From IMG/VR virus record IMGVR_UViG_3300030328_001951, positions 1 through 50,454 of that record: 50,454 nt of DNA; one strand, written 5' to 3'. Of this stretch, positions 36,601 to 44,584 are shown piece after piece (the stretch's first letter is position 1; every line of letters starts with the position of its first letter). The stretch comes from a virus. Lineage: Duplodnaviria > Caudoviricetes. The position numbers and the translations under genes were made by a program. The notes beneath the pieces were generated by a model that did no database searches, was not told the origin of the DNA, and was given only the letters and a program-made list of their open reading frames with translations.

Positions 36601-36871
36601 GATGACCTAGTTGCCTAAATATAGCTTCACCTGTATTGCGTGGTTCTTTAGGTACTAAATCAAAAGTAGTAAGACCTTCTATAAACCCAGACTGCGCTTG
36701 TTGCACAGCTCTGGTAAGACTAAAATTATCTTCTAGTCTTTTAAAACTTACTTGGTTGTTTTCTGCTAAACGTTCCAGCTCATCAAGCTGGTCGTCAGAA
36801 AACATATCAGGATTAGACCTGTATGTGTTGATTAGGCTTTGTACTTTAAAGCCATCGTAATAGTTATCCAA
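27698..36871 (-). CDS. Giant internal virion protein: two-barrel (DxDxD) RNA polymerase + inserted AlkB dioxygenase + C-terminal ejection-protein domain
   Basis: 3057 aa. DTDGG, RTPADS and LGGADKDADS polymerase motifs; AlkB HAD...H...RINITFR; Gly/Ala-rich N-terminus; C-terminal TQFLYQ...RFKLF typical of large ejection proteins. Confidence 0.75.
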   Translation of the reverse strand: MDNYYDGFKVQSLINTYRSNPDMFSDDQLDELERLAENNQVSFKRLEDNFSLTRAVQQAQSGFIEGLTTFDLVPKEPRNTGEAIFRQLGHLAGFAPAILKAPLSLFRRNAALRKIKGDSKLYKAIEDGINTLDAMSVPMMFQRGTKNIIDSQLSKRGLETIDYLKKGAIPRAIGTEALGLGVASAVSNIWKGSDVIADSFVGGAIAGGAFGGIGNFVSVGNLYKGTPAQVDQANKILRASVASAFMGLPSTLRGDPTEMQIYEYLLGGFFGYNTRPAREAAAGEWIMGSKKNGFTRDIRDIVDPQQSKDWNTIDKKAQDYILNEHPAPSFKNSEQLEGATGSALGWLQHNYKNFNWRNAAIKHYESIDPNWNTYSEAGKNTKIAEYYRWKAREGMTVDAFGKIANAVSTSEQLYAEMQSDFMDPYTKEKDSISNITKEVYKDVKKNEKDSVVYKDFDSFEKIIIDATKKSMGEDGTDRRLESYIEDVKSNLDPETFKKHERNLRKKWWTETEPAQEVAFFIEGTGNNISVDFTKNEQINNVSIGEKYDKMPLDYLGYAKGFRFLTHGVDKNGEPYKVLSHRMDGDGISFNVGRKKLIKIEEALAEKGKYIFSGVKDKDFLLTADFVDNLQGVIVTKDMIKNAMSNDPLESKGIERAFEDGKASERNIFGSDKNYERKWVSNILHHAMLNGLVNNQTTVRNLNLKNLLMHEGYGKSVADLNKRMTLLTNRMAPMQKASYAETNPDGQMRGIIVNDINTTGKSDTDGGLIIAHKFFDRTLDVLGFDPRAGHIKPVIGGQTGLSALFTKSNGQRASTEWNKFMESRGLDFIVFNSGAKLRGDLKSSQLSIDSSTGKLSSRGTIVHTLPIEHLQVSTGTYENPVKSVKGDELPLQSYGQTNNIQAKGFAKEYISDVLDRSLAGSRAGQELVKQYDPKKIEKFIKLFEANELGVMELPMDFVTKILLKDPSTPLAKKFMDKLMRLETDGFLDLDFEFDSNSNYREFHASNKILAEAMAGTYAVRNVLFRDNYHNALKKYLVKRYANPFIETAGKSWLKAYTPDQLINKIVDPALTKEQKKGLNEGDLYLDNMFKRMLVEHKHIPKEDLEAIYQRKLEYAQKNDSKATMETIDKRVTLGEAWEQYLGNYSRKNLEAWNNTFDLVVIRTPADSMSGTRVLRFRGFTGQRGSGSFTHHKDNIYLGGADKDADSIKIFQGFNKNLRDYYIKVKDERSHWKEGSSYDKFINKLFRQEGMTDKEVQRFTGYNKNPKDKEYNREDDVYNRMFMFSPAYRHKVAQNSIAGKGGLGYGLSAKIVMQNWRDFIANNGGSVEFPYQDLEKGSLTDYIARVSLKKGKIEGQTRDQFFRDLGTAIVNKSADASTDPTIRAYPIFRQMLFDSLFKVESFNAKTGEKKETIDTKTGEVTQDYIGYKSILELAPFGDLAAIKDAVNIAKPASQVKNVSYRLIKDIALDNVSPEISKNIGLTVGERANYVRNNKTYSLIRLENVSRRMIEQDKKSKNPKGLVLGNARYQSTPVAKSAMSLYDVGHGINNVQSKLFAKGADTVIPQIVKKMYDAGIQYDFLNFPAIQNNYKKLYSNADIESQGFTGLTRYSTKEMSKFIEQHLGLLLSDLSLASPSQVSYAIQQQRNIGRALDYIGKSLGNFATIELLNKNFIDIHKAFSDKGIKANVIEKVIPAIVKEVKMLKSRLSIENRHKLDKDGIQLDVEADINAFNKRLIKNANEFGIDPKLFLDYYHNLLLSPITGQKAYKGSKFSKNTFYKDIHSSLSIPFSTKKNFYQKMESMHERSAETDTALLDNNPIKIVKEKNPEDPITTYENKQILHLKDKIKNIDVEALVKSIDFEQGYITIGGRNIKEPRLTAYYGEKGTDYSYSGKDPIKPKKFTPELLALKKQVEELTGVEFNSLLVNKYRTGKDSIGKHADNEPELGSNPIIASVSFGAEVPFILTSKKGGKDYKINLKNNDLLIMQGGTQENFLHSIPKDPTGKRGERINITFRRTNMKGSKPTDRVNLEGVGVVRKEPIKKETAAEKQPIKEEFLTINEMIASDAIEKLAINDKQLEQVKQFRKNLNEHRVVKNNFEQWFEYFTSIIKGGIVPREATTFNMNDVIAVNRYFKGLQDPYNLEFKLKYWFLDPRFVDEKLSTKGLINKYFSYFGKVQIGKGKFETKPIFSFTSPIGEIAKYLQTSERYVSKDLKFAETKLFKPFERILKNFDVNQQSKLMEDLFKYVEEGYRPTDAKTLRTLEKLDTARRDLFEGMQKWIYTQDAKGNKATNNQGEWIMDKDFLGWYQATGGVLNKYMRWDKSGKMDLEHFRKSVIESGNINKKEVIDIVGTDGIKRYQKEHKLERLILNKPENDNLTYRVSMRKKYKGIGEINLDKYMPHLNFGYNEFARKEIALYLEQKTNDIYDATYKKAKGAGLSEKESGKKAAKAAKEFVRANENKLIQAGEFFSYSELVEPAILTEADLKSSVSEQGSLANVLKARDANAPGFDKRPEVILDYINKVIRGYYKNAVAIKGQYEIDNMLNKNRNYKPSEKEVKRLQGSVYKNDVQVWGDYIKLYLQSILGHQSYFQSGMLSGRDPLKLKDKRNLFYLTSDENVIGIFEKFYQKKNMSAPFFTHAPKGKEARKEYFSRKLHELGRMEAQYQLMSLLANTGTWATNVLSGNAMTAASAGLNNLFSSYNNKQIYDLLLTSNGKDVIKLNNGKFAKNRKDLLKHLAEVGVIDAFIQNEFEVNTQMTNGLKKAGINIENFKRDLIVAIKDKANRKETPLEVINRYGVKDLMVKYGSFFMQNSERINRLNAFTAHALQAVKKFGVEGKELSIADPFVFDMAMKGIENTQFLYQNSARPAFMRTAVGKVLSRFKLFVWNSVRTRKEFYRQAKLYGFKQNTPEYEKFKNTYMIDMFMFALANAFMFSIFDTALAPPLDTVQSIADSLYGDKREKEMAFFGSKLGALNLLKPPVARIPDAAWELLTGDWEKFSSYTAYTMFPFGRGIRQLVQFADKPERAGEIFLRLPVNQIQSRIDRVKRRTEQFEDIQGFLGD
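33223..33534 (-). CDS. Candidate overprinted (+1 frame) 103-aa basic membrane protein
   Basis: AAAGGA RBS 9 nt before the ATG, local GC3 shift in the host frame, one hydrophobic helix. Confidence 0.45.
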   Translation of the reverse strand: MHKKMIAKLLWKLSTSESRWAKLGSNILGTTPEKTLRRGITHLTSLSFALLLIVCLARGSYALGVLQGKEALARSRTTRIIYTLEVQTKTQTVSKYSKDLIKI

Positions 36872-36877
36872 AATTTA

Positions 36878-37618
36878 TTAGTACATTGCCCCAGGAATTG
36901 TTTTATCTCTTAATGCAGGTCTAAGTCCATAATTACGAATTTCCCAAGATGACATATCATATCCATCTGATTTACGCCAATCATTTACTTCATTTGCTGT
37001 AGTAGATAACATTCCTAAACCTGCTAATCCACCAGCACCCATTAAAATGTTTCTAGCAACATCTTCAGATATTAAAAGTTTTTCAGACATGTTCTTTACT
37101 AACTTATTAAAACCTTTAGAGGTTGCTTGACCAGCAACAGTTCCTTTTATGGCACTAGCTCCTTGTTGACCATATGCTCTCATAGAATGCAACAATGGTG
37201 ACCTAGAAGCATAATCTCTAGCTTGCCCTACCATTTGCTGTCCTCTAGTTACGTTTTTAGTACCCATTACAGGTTTAGATAAATACTTAGAAGCACCCAT
37301 TCCACCTTTATATAAAGCACCAGCACCAGTTACTAAACCACCAAGTGCGCCTGCTCCACTAGCAATAGAATCAATCATAGTTTGTCCATAAACAGTTTCG
37401 CCTCTTGATTCTGGTTTAAATATACTATCTGGTAGTAAACCAAAACTAGCAGTATCAGCTAAATTAAAAGCAAGTTTGCGTAATGGTTTTGATTCTCTTT
37501 TAAATTCTTGACCTGATTGTTTAGCTAAAGCAGCAATCATTTCAGCTTCTTTATCTGTGTATTTATCAGGAGTTGCGTTGTAGTCTTCTACTAACATCAT
37601 TATTCTTCTAGGATCCAT
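36878..37618 (-). CDS. Putative internal virion / DNA ejection protein
   Basis: Gly/Ala-rich amphipathic segments. N-terminus (YNATPDKYTD...FGLLP) resembles the giant protein's N-terminus (YRSNPDMFSD...FDLVP). Confidence 0.55.
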   Translation of the reverse strand: MDPRRIMMLVEDYNATPDKYTDKEAEMIAALAKQSGQEFKRESKPLRKLAFNLADTASFGLLPDSIFKPESRGETVYGQTMIDSIASGAGALGGLVTGAGALYKGGMGASKYLSKPVMGTKNVTRGQQMVGQARDYASRSPLLHSMRAYGQQGASAIKGTVAGQATSKGFNKLVKNMSEKLLISEDVARNILMGAGGLAGLGMLSTTANEVNDWRKSDGYDMSSWEIRNYGLRPALRDKTIPGAMY

Positions 37619-37629
37619 TTTATTTTCCT

Positions 37630-38151
37630 TTATCTATTTAAATTTAAGTTCATTAACAAAGATTGATTACTTGGAAAAAAAGTATTCATTTGTTCTGGAC
37701 TCATCATCTGTAAACTTTGATAATACTCATCATCTAAATAATCACTTTGATTTGGCATAGGATTATTTCTTGTTCGCTCTACAGACATACTTTCTTGAGC
37801 TGCTCTAGCACTTTGACTTGGCGCAAAAGGATTAAGATTGTCATTAAACCATTGAGCTACATTATATAACTTACTAGGTGCATTGTATGCTCCTGCTTGA
37901 GTTCTATCTTCTTTAATTTTAGTTTGTTTTTCTACTGCTGTTGCCTGAGCTTTTCTATAAGCACCTAATTGTTTACCAGCTTCTATCCTTCTTTCATAAT
38001 CTGCTTTATTTCTTTTTTCTATTTCATCATTTATAGCTTGTTGTCTTTCCATAACTGATGCTCTTCTAGCACCCATTACAGCACTTAAAAGGTTATTAGA
38101 ACCTTCAGAACTGTATCCTGTGTAACGTTGTTGCATTTGTGGTACTATCAT
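37630..38151 (-). CDS. Putative internal virion protein
   Basis: 173 aa, Q/A-rich and helical, in the ejection-protein block. Confidence 0.5.
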   Translation of the reverse strand: MIVPQMQQRYTGYSSEGSNNLLSAVMGARRASVMERQQAINDEIEKRNKADYERRIEAGKQLGAYRKAQATAVEKQTKIKEDRTQAGAYNAPSKLYNVAQWFNDNLNPFAPSQSARAAQESMSVERTRNNPMPNQSDYLDDEYYQSLQMMSPEQMNTFFPSNQSLLMNLNLNR

Positions 38152-38987
38152 GTTGTTTTCCCCATTCCAAAAAACCCACCTGCTAAATTAAATAAATTAT
38201 TGCTCATATTATTACTATGAGCAGCTCTAGCATTTTGATTTTGTACTTGTTGATTATACTGTGATTGTTTTAAATACTGATTATAAGTATTCTCATTTCC
38301 TACATTAAATTGTTGATTAGATAATGCTCTTTGGTCTATTCCACTAGCAAACTGCCCACCTTGTCCATAAGCTTGTGTAGCCATTTGACCAAATTGACCT
38401 GCAAGATTTGCTGATTGATTCATAATTCCTTGCATACCCTGAGCATATTGGTCACCTGCTTGTCTATTAGTAATAGAATCATAAACATTACCCATACCCA
38501 TTATACCTCTAGCAGCCATTGCTGAGTTCATATTTTCTATAGTTTGTTGTCTCATATCTCCTACATTTTGTCTAAGATTTTGAAACAAACCTTGATTATA
38601 AGAACTACTTGGATTTAACATACTTTTATAAGTGTTTTTAAAATCACTTCCTAATCCAAAACTATTTTTTATACTTTGATTTAAAAATGGATTAGTTTGA
38701 TAATCACTACTTTGTAAATCAAAACTAAAATCTTGATTTATATTTTTTGGTTTATTCATTGCACCTGATAGCAATCCTAATCCAGCTGATGCTATCCCTA
38801 AATACGGACTTGCCGCTGTTAAAAAACTACTCATATTAAAATTACTCCCTGTTGGTTGATTAGGTACTGCATTCCCAGAAAAATTTGCCATAAGAGGAGC
38901 ATTAACTGTTCCTCTTATTAAATTTGGTTGTTGACCTGTTGGGTCTGGAACACTTAATTGTGCTCCTTGATATTGGTTAGGAGGCAT
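38148..38987 (-). CDS. Putative DNA pilot/ejection protein
   Basis: Q/N/G-rich, hydrophobic LGIASAGLGLLSG segment, MAARGI motif. Confidence 0.55.
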   Translation of the reverse strand: MPPNQYQGAQLSVPDPTGQQPNLIRGTVNAPLMANFSGNAVPNQPTGSNFNMSSFLTAASPYLGIASAGLGLLSGAMNKPKNINQDFSFDLQSSDYQTNPFLNQSIKNSFGLGSDFKNTYKSMLNPSSSYNQGLFQNLRQNVGDMRQQTIENMNSAMAARGIMGMGNVYDSITNRQAGDQYAQGMQGIMNQSANLAGQFGQMATQAYGQGGQFASGIDQRALSNQQFNVGNENTYNQYLKQSQYNQQVQNQNARAAHSNNMSNNLFNLAGGFFGMGKTT

Positions 38988-38990
38988 GTT

Positions 38991-39242
38991 TTACTCCGTA
39001 TTTAATGTTAATGACGCTTTAGCCCAGCCTTCGCTAGTTCGTCCTTGTATTTCATAAGATGTTCCATCGTTAGACTTAACTACTCTAATGTCACCTTCCT
39101 TACCTGATGATTCTTCTTTATCAGTAACAGTATCTCTACTATTTACTGCACTAATAAGCTCATTTAAATCATCATAAATTGTATCTACAACTCTTTGTAG
39201 ATTAGTATCGTTTACTTTTTGTGAACGTTTTTTACTTATCAC
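38991..39242 (-). CDS. Small tail-associated protein
   Basis: 83 aa, directly after the nozzle gene. Confidence 0.5.
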   Translation of the reverse strand: MISKKRSQKVNDTNLQRVVDTIYDDLNELISAVNSRDTVTDKEESSGKEGDIRVVKSNDGTSYEIQGRTSEGWAKASLTLNTE

Positions 39243-42200
39243 GACATAGCCTTTGTTCTTCTTAATCTTCTAAACACAAGTCGTAATGCATCTATCGTTG
39301 CACTTGAATCACCAGTAACTGCAATTTTTACTTGTGCATGGCGTGATATTTTTTTATTTGTTAACGCTGTATAACTAGTACTGTTTTCAGCAGTATTTAC
39401 TGTTATTGTAGGGCTATTATCTTCAGATAGTATTTCGACTTTATATAATTTTTTATCTGTAGTAGACTCACCCATTGTAAATTTTTTACTATACCATTTA
39501 AAATTATCTAACCTTGTAGAACTTTTAGGGTCAAAAGGTTGAATTAATCCATTGTCTGTATCAGATACTAATAACTCATTGTTTTTGCCATGTACTGCAC
39601 CATACGTATTAAAATCTGTAGTTGTACTGCTATTAGTTCTATTCCATACATCCCATCTATTTTTAGGCATTGTATACACTAAACACTGAGGCACGTAATA
39701 TGTTGTGTTTGTAGTAAATGTAAGCGTTGAAACAGCTGTAGCTGTTGCATTATTATTTATATCAAATCTATTATCATTATCAACACTAGCAACTTTTGTA
39801 TCTGCAGGAATATGATTTCCTGTCACTACTTGATTTGGAGCAATGTTTGAATTTGCAACATCAGATGTTACAGTAGTATCATTATTAGTTAAATTGCAAC
39901 TATGTGTAAAACTAGTTGATACAGTATATTTATAAGTGTAGAAAAAACAAAAAGCCTTACGATGTGAATCATAAGTAGCTACAATATCTCCAGAATAATC
40001 ATCAGTACTATAATTGCATAGTTTTTCTAAAGATGAATATGAATTATAAGTATCATCTATTTGATGAGCTTTTTTAATCTTAGCTCCAATGTCATTAATA
40101 CCCTGTCCGTTATGTAAATAGATACTATTCTTATCTATAAAACACATACCTATTTCTGAGGACACTACTCCATTTTGATTTCTACACCCTATACCTTTTA
40201 TAGTATCTTCTATATACATACCATCTGGATTAACTACATATGTCTCATTTTCAGAAAACACATACAACCTACCATTAAACGATTCCATTGCAGTTGCTTT
40301 ATTAGGTAATAATAAAAAGTCTTTAGCCCAATTAAATTGGTCAAAATTGAATGGTCTAGATTTAAACAGATAATTAGTTGCATCATCTATATCTGCATGC
40401 GAACAATCTGTTATGTATAAAAAATTATTTACTTTAGCACTTAATCCATATTTAGGCAATGTAATAGTTAATGCCTCTGATATTCCAGTCCTAGCCTCAT
40501 AAGATGCATATGATGCTCCACTATCTATAATAGTTTTACTATAATAACTACCCCAATTTGGATTAGTAGTACTTGAATCTGTAGCAAGCCACCCTGATTT
40601 TAAAGGTACTGATTTTATTAATCTAAAAAATCCTGATGGTTGTGTAGCAGTTCCAACACTTGCACTTGACCTATATAGATTAACATGAGTTACTCTTTTA
40701 CTAAGATTTGCTTTATATATATCTATTTTAACATTTAAAGCATCTTGACTTATACTGCCATTATCTATATGAGTCCACGAAGATAAAGGAGATTCTTGAT
40801 AACCATCATAGGTAAAAGATGTTGCGTAAAATTGATCATGCGATGGATTTATACTTCCATCCACATCTGCATTATCTGATATTGTTAATACAACTTCTCC
40901 TTCGGCTTTTATTGCTAAAGCACCAGATGCTCCTGCAGCCCATCTTGCTTGACTCGTTCCAGCAAATACATTATATGAATTACTTTTTTCATCTAAAACT
41001 GCATCATCTATATCTATATTTGCTCCTATTGTATTTCTTGTCCCACCAACAATACTTGTTTGACTATGATTATAAGCAACTTTAGTTAATCTATATAAAG
41101 TAGATTGACTTCCACTAGTTCCTCTTTCTATCCAATTTAAATACGTGCTATTTGTATCTTGCTTTGTTAAATAAACAGAACCAAATGCTGCATTAAAATC
41201 AGAACTAAACGCATAAACTAAACCTTTATTTCCTAAATGATTTAATTTATCATTTGCAGTTATATCATTTTTAACAACTTGTAAAAAATATCTTATTTGA
41301 CCTTTAACACTACTAGCATTAGTAGTTGAATCATCGTGACCTATAAAATTTGTACCACTACCATAATACCACTTTACATAAGCGCCATCAGGAACTGGCT
41401 TTACAACTATTCCAATATAGTCATTACTTCCTGTAACTCTAACTAAAGGTAATTTTGGTAGTGAAAAATCTGGAGCTATAGTTGTATCACCTGTAAGACT
41501 TGAACCCCAATCGCCAATATTAGGTGAAACACTTGAAGCATCTGCTCCTTTATAAGGAGTTCTACTTGTAACAGTACTAGCACTTGAACTTGTTGTTAAA
41601 TTTGATACAGAAATATTCCATAAATAATCACTAGAAGTACTTCTGTTTCCACTTGCTAACCATAATACGCTACCACATTCCATTATATCTGTTACATAAG
41701 TATCTCCACTAAAATTATTTAATGGTCTACTAGTAATAACATCCATATTATCTAAATCAATTTTTAAAACAATAAGATTGCTACTAACTTCATCAATTAC
41801 CCAAAGATTGTTATCACTAGATAAACACATTGCTAATGTTTTTGTAAAAAAATATTCTGACCTTCTTATTAATACTCCTTTAGAAACATCAAATTTATAT
41901 ATATAATTTCCACTTTGTTGTATTCCGTAAACATGTGTGTTATTTGAATCATTAACAACTGTATGCATAGCAGGGAATGGGCTAGGCTTTACTAATTCAG
42001 CATTTTCAGATTGTAAACCACTTGGAACAGAACCTCCAAATTGAGAATGAGGAATATTACCTACCCATTTAACATCTTTAGATTGCCCTAAACCAATGTG
42101 TACTTCTTTATTATTTGTTTGCATAGCTGGAATTGTACCAGCACCAAGATCACTTGCATCTAAATTAGATATTGCAGGACTTCCAGTATATACATCTGCT

Positions 42201-42460
42201 ATTTGCTTTAAATAACCATCGCTATTATCAATGTATGTTAATTGATGTGTACCATTATTATTTATCATAGCCATACGTTTTGCATCTACAGCTGATTTAA
42301 TAGCAGTAGCATCTGATTGTATAGCCATTAACGAACCACTTTGTCCATAAGGGTCTATGTTTTCACTATAAACTGCAGCATCATCTGGAATATCTCTGTC
42401 ATCTGCATTATAGATATTGCCAGATTCAAATGCTTTTATTTCAAATAATTCTTTAGGCAC
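39239..42460 (-). CDS. Tail nozzle / stabilisation protein (P22 gp10 / tail tubular B-like beta-propeller)
   Basis: 1073 aa. N-terminal DxRDIPDDA...ENID, GIGC propeller repeat, C-terminal WYSKKF...KKLYKV. Confidence 0.65.
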   Translation of the reverse strand: MPKELFEIKAFESGNIYNADDRDIPDDAAVYSENIDPYGQSGSLMAIQSDATAIKSAVDAKRMAMINNNGTHQLTYIDNSDGYLKQIADVYTGSPAISNLDASDLGAGTIPAMQTNNKEVHIGLGQSKDVKWVGNIPHSQFGGSVPSGLQSENAELVKPSPFPAMHTVVNDSNNTHVYGIQQSGNYIYKFDVSKGVLIRRSEYFFTKTLAMCLSSDNNLWVIDEVSSNLIVLKIDLDNMDVITSRPLNNFSGDTYVTDIMECGSVLWLASGNRSTSSDYLWNISVSNLTTSSSASTVTSRTPYKGADASSVSPNIGDWGSSLTGDTTIAPDFSLPKLPLVRVTGSNDYIGIVVKPVPDGAYVKWYYGSGTNFIGHDDSTTNASSVKGQIRYFLQVVKNDITANDKLNHLGNKGLVYAFSSDFNAAFGSVYLTKQDTNSTYLNWIERGTSGSQSTLYRLTKVAYNHSQTSIVGGTRNTIGANIDIDDAVLDEKSNSYNVFAGTSQARWAAGASGALAIKAEGEVVLTISDNADVDGSINPSHDQFYATSFTYDGYQESPLSSWTHIDNGSISQDALNVKIDIYKANLSKRVTHVNLYRSSASVGTATQPSGFFRLIKSVPLKSGWLATDSSTTNPNWGSYYSKTIIDSGASYASYEARTGISEALTITLPKYGLSAKVNNFLYITDCSHADIDDATNYLFKSRPFNFDQFNWAKDFLLLPNKATAMESFNGRLYVFSENETYVVNPDGMYIEDTIKGIGCRNQNGVVSSEIGMCFIDKNSIYLHNGQGINDIGAKIKKAHQIDDTYNSYSSLEKLCNYSTDDYSGDIVATYDSHRKAFCFFYTYKYTVSTSFTHSCNLTNNDTTVTSDVANSNIAPNQVVTGNHIPADTKVASVDNDNRFDINNNATATAVSTLTFTTNTTYYVPQCLVYTMPKNRWDVWNRTNSSTTTDFNTYGAVHGKNNELLVSDTDNGLIQPFDPKSSTRLDNFKWYSKKFTMGESTTDKKLYKVEILSEDNSPTITVNTAENSTSYTALTNKKISRHAQVKIAVTGDSSATIDALRLVFRRLRRTKAMS

Positions 42461-43214
42461 CTATTAATTTTCCATTATATGTTGTGTAGCCATTACTTAT
42501 TGTTAAGACTACTAAATTAAAATTTCCATTAGACAATATATCACATATACCTACGTTATGACTCCAATTAGTTGGTCTACCTTTTAAATAACTTTTAGTC
42601 ATATCAGTTAAACATCCCATTGAATGTGCCATGTGGCTACCGCTAATATGTTGGATTGTGGCTTTTTGACAATCGTGGGTATGTCCATAGATGATGTTAC
42701 ATCCCATTTGCAAGGCATGAGTCCTTGCGTGTGACACTCCCATAAAATGTCCCCCATGATAAGCGTACAGTTTGCTTCCAAGTACTTTAAATACTTCTCC
42801 ATATTTGTGCCATTCATATCCTCTTTCATCAAATTTAAATGCTGTTCTGCTTAAATACTGTGTTAAATAGGGGTTTTCTTCGACAAAGTTGTCGAACCAG
42901 ATTTCGTGGTTTCCTTGTGCAAAGATTTTTTTCTTGCATTGTACCAATTGTAAAACTTCATCAATCTCGTCCAATCCTTTATTTCCATCTGCTATTTCCT
43001 TATCTATTGCTGGTAATTGATATTCAACTGGTGGTCTTTTCTTTTTAGACCATTGCCAATGACTAACTGATTCACCATCAATTGTATCGCCTAGTAATAA
43101 AAATGCTGAAGGCTTTACTTCTTTTAATACATTTAATGCACATGCAAATGCTTTTTTATCGTGGTTTGGAAAGTGTGTATCTGGAAAGATAACCACTCTG
43201 TCTTTTATTTTCAC
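42453..43214 (-). CDS. Calcineurin-like metallophosphoesterase
   Basis: DTH, GD, GNHE, HG and GHTH motifs in canonical order. Confidence 0.9.
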   Translation of the reverse strand: MKIKDRVVIFPDTHFPNHDKKAFACALNVLKEVKPSAFLLLGDTIDGESVSHWQWSKKKRPPVEYQLPAIDKEIADGNKGLDEIDEVLQLVQCKKKIFAQGNHEIWFDNFVEENPYLTQYLSRTAFKFDERGYEWHKYGEVFKVLGSKLYAYHGGHFMGVSHARTHALQMGCNIIYGHTHDCQKATIQHISGSHMAHSMGCLTDMTKSYLKGRPTNWSHNVGICDILSNGNFNLVVLTISNGYTTYNGKLIGA

Positions 43215-43228
43215 AGTAAACTCCCATG

Positions 43229-43627
43229 TTACTCTTTTAACTCGAAGTGAACTAAATCGTCAAAATTATTGTCTTTAGTAGTTCTTCTACCTTGACTCAA
43301 ACTTGAATCACTCCAATCGCCTCCCCAACGAATGTTAATTCCCATCTTAGCTGCTATCCCCAAAACAAAACCACCAAGGTAATGAAAATCATCCCTAGCA
43401 TTCCAATCAATTGGATAAGGAGCAATGTCCACAGCTTTCCCAGCGACATGCTTACCAAATTTAGTTTTGCTTTTACCTTGTGCAACCAATTCATTTTGTC
43501 TCTCCTGACTTCTTAAACCCTCTATTACAGTAATATCAAAGTACTTACATACTTCGTTTAATACATTAACTAACTTAGAGTCTACCCCTTTAAGTCTTTC
43601 ACGAGATCTTTTACCAAACTTTGGCAT
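43229..43627 (-). CDS. Endolysin, M15 L-alanyl-D-glutamate peptidase (T5-like)
   Basis: EGLRS..RQ, KH..GKAVDIAPYP, WGGDW, DLVHFE. Confidence 0.9.
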   Translation of the reverse strand: MPKFGKRSRERLKGVDSKLVNVLNEVCKYFDITVIEGLRSQERQNELVAQGKSKTKFGKHVAGKAVDIAPYPIDWNARDDFHYLGGFVLGIAAKMGINIRWGGDWSDSSLSQGRRTTKDNNFDDLVHFELKE

Positions 43628-43860
43628 TACTTCTTTACTATTCCCTCAATTACATCTGTAACTAAATCAACACACTTTTCAAAAAATATCTGTTCTTTTT
43701 CTTCAGATACAAAAGGTATATCTATTTTTTTATTAATTTTAGATGCTAAGACTTCCTTAAACTCATCAGACTGTATATGGTCTACCATACCATCTGCGTA
43801 TTCATTTACGATATGGTCTTTAGCTTTATCTATAATTCCTGCTAATATTGCTTTACTCAT
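43627..43860 (-). CDS. Hypothetical protein, lysis region
   Basis: 77 aa with an INKKIDIPFVSEEKE motif. Confidence 0.65.
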   Translation of the reverse strand: MSKAILAGIIDKAKDHIVNEYADGMVDHIQSDEFKEVLASKINKKIDIPFVSEEKEQIFFEKCVDLVTDVIEGIVKK

Positions 43861-44003
43861 TTTTGTTTCCTTATTATGTTTATTTTATAACTTAAATATA
43901 TTATAGTCATAATTGCAACTATGCATTGTAAAAACAAACTTGCATGTGCTAAAGATAAGCTATAATTAAAAATACTTGCTGATGCTACTTTTACACTATC
44001 CAT
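43857..44003 (-). CDS. 48-aa holin-like membrane peptide
   Basis: MDSVKVASASIFNYSLSLAHASLFLQCIVAIMTIIYLSYKINIIRKQK; overlaps both neighbours. Confidence 0.55.
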   Translation of the reverse strand: MDSVKVASASIFNYSLSLAHASLFLQCIVAIMTIIYLSYKINIIRKQK

Positions 44004-44280
44004 TATTTCTTAATCTTTCTACTTCTCTTTCTAAGTATTCAATTCTTTGATTTTGTTTAATATCAGCTGGTATTTCAGCATCTTGATTGGCTTCAGCATC
44101 TTCTTCTATATCTATAATATGTTCTTCGTTCATTGCAACTTGATATTCTAAAAAAGATATACGAGCATTTAATTGACTATATCCCCACACAAGCATAACT
44201 ACAAAAGTAACAGCTTGTATAATCATAGGCAGACTTATAGTCATTAAACTACTATCTGATATTGGTTTAGTGTTTTCCAT
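43996..44280 (-). CDS. Single-TM coiled-coil membrane protein
   Basis: TM segment followed by WGYSQLNARISFLE; paralog-like to 44685-45023. Confidence 0.65.
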   Translation of the reverse strand: MENTKPISDSSLMTISLPMIIQAVTFVVMLVWGYSQLNARISFLEYQVAMNEEHIIDIEEDAEANQDAEIPADIKQNQRIEYLEREVERLRNNG

Positions 44281-44584
44281 TTACTCTACTTAAACTTCCT
44301 TTTATTTCCGATACTTGATTGTCCAAATCATTAATCTCCTTCGTAAGTGAATCAAACTTCCTGTCAAGTTTGTCGTCACTTTTATTCCAGCGGTTAATAA
44401 GCTTAATAACCATACTCTCCATATTCTCAAGTGTTTCACTTTGTCCTTTATTTTCAACTTTTAAATTCTGTAATGATTCTGCTTGTTCATTTCCACGCTT
44501 ATTCATTGAATAAACCATAAACACAAACATTGCCCCTACGACACCAATCATACCCGCTTCTGAATAAACTGCTAGAAAGTCCAT
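44267..44584 (-). CDS. Holin-like TM + coiled-coil protein
   Basis: N-terminal TM GMIGVVGAMFVFMVY and a C-terminal coiled coil. Confidence 0.6.
   Translation of the reverse strand: MDFLAVYSEAGMIGVVGAMFVFMVYSMNKRGNEQAESLQNLKVENKGQSETLENMESMVIKLINRWNKSDDKLDRKFDSLTKEINDLDNQVSEIKGSLSRVNGKH

Noticed and set aside
27001-36860. Plus-strand ORFs antisense to the giant gene and zincin (and similar antisense ORFs in the fibre, portal, TerS, primase and lysis genes)
   Set aside because: Shadow ORFs of the coding strand: Ser/Leu/Phe-rich, no RBS noted, against operon direction.
42608-42832. 74-aa +1-frame ORF inside the metallophosphoesterase
   Set aside because: No convincing RBS or protein features; explained by the local GC3 patch.
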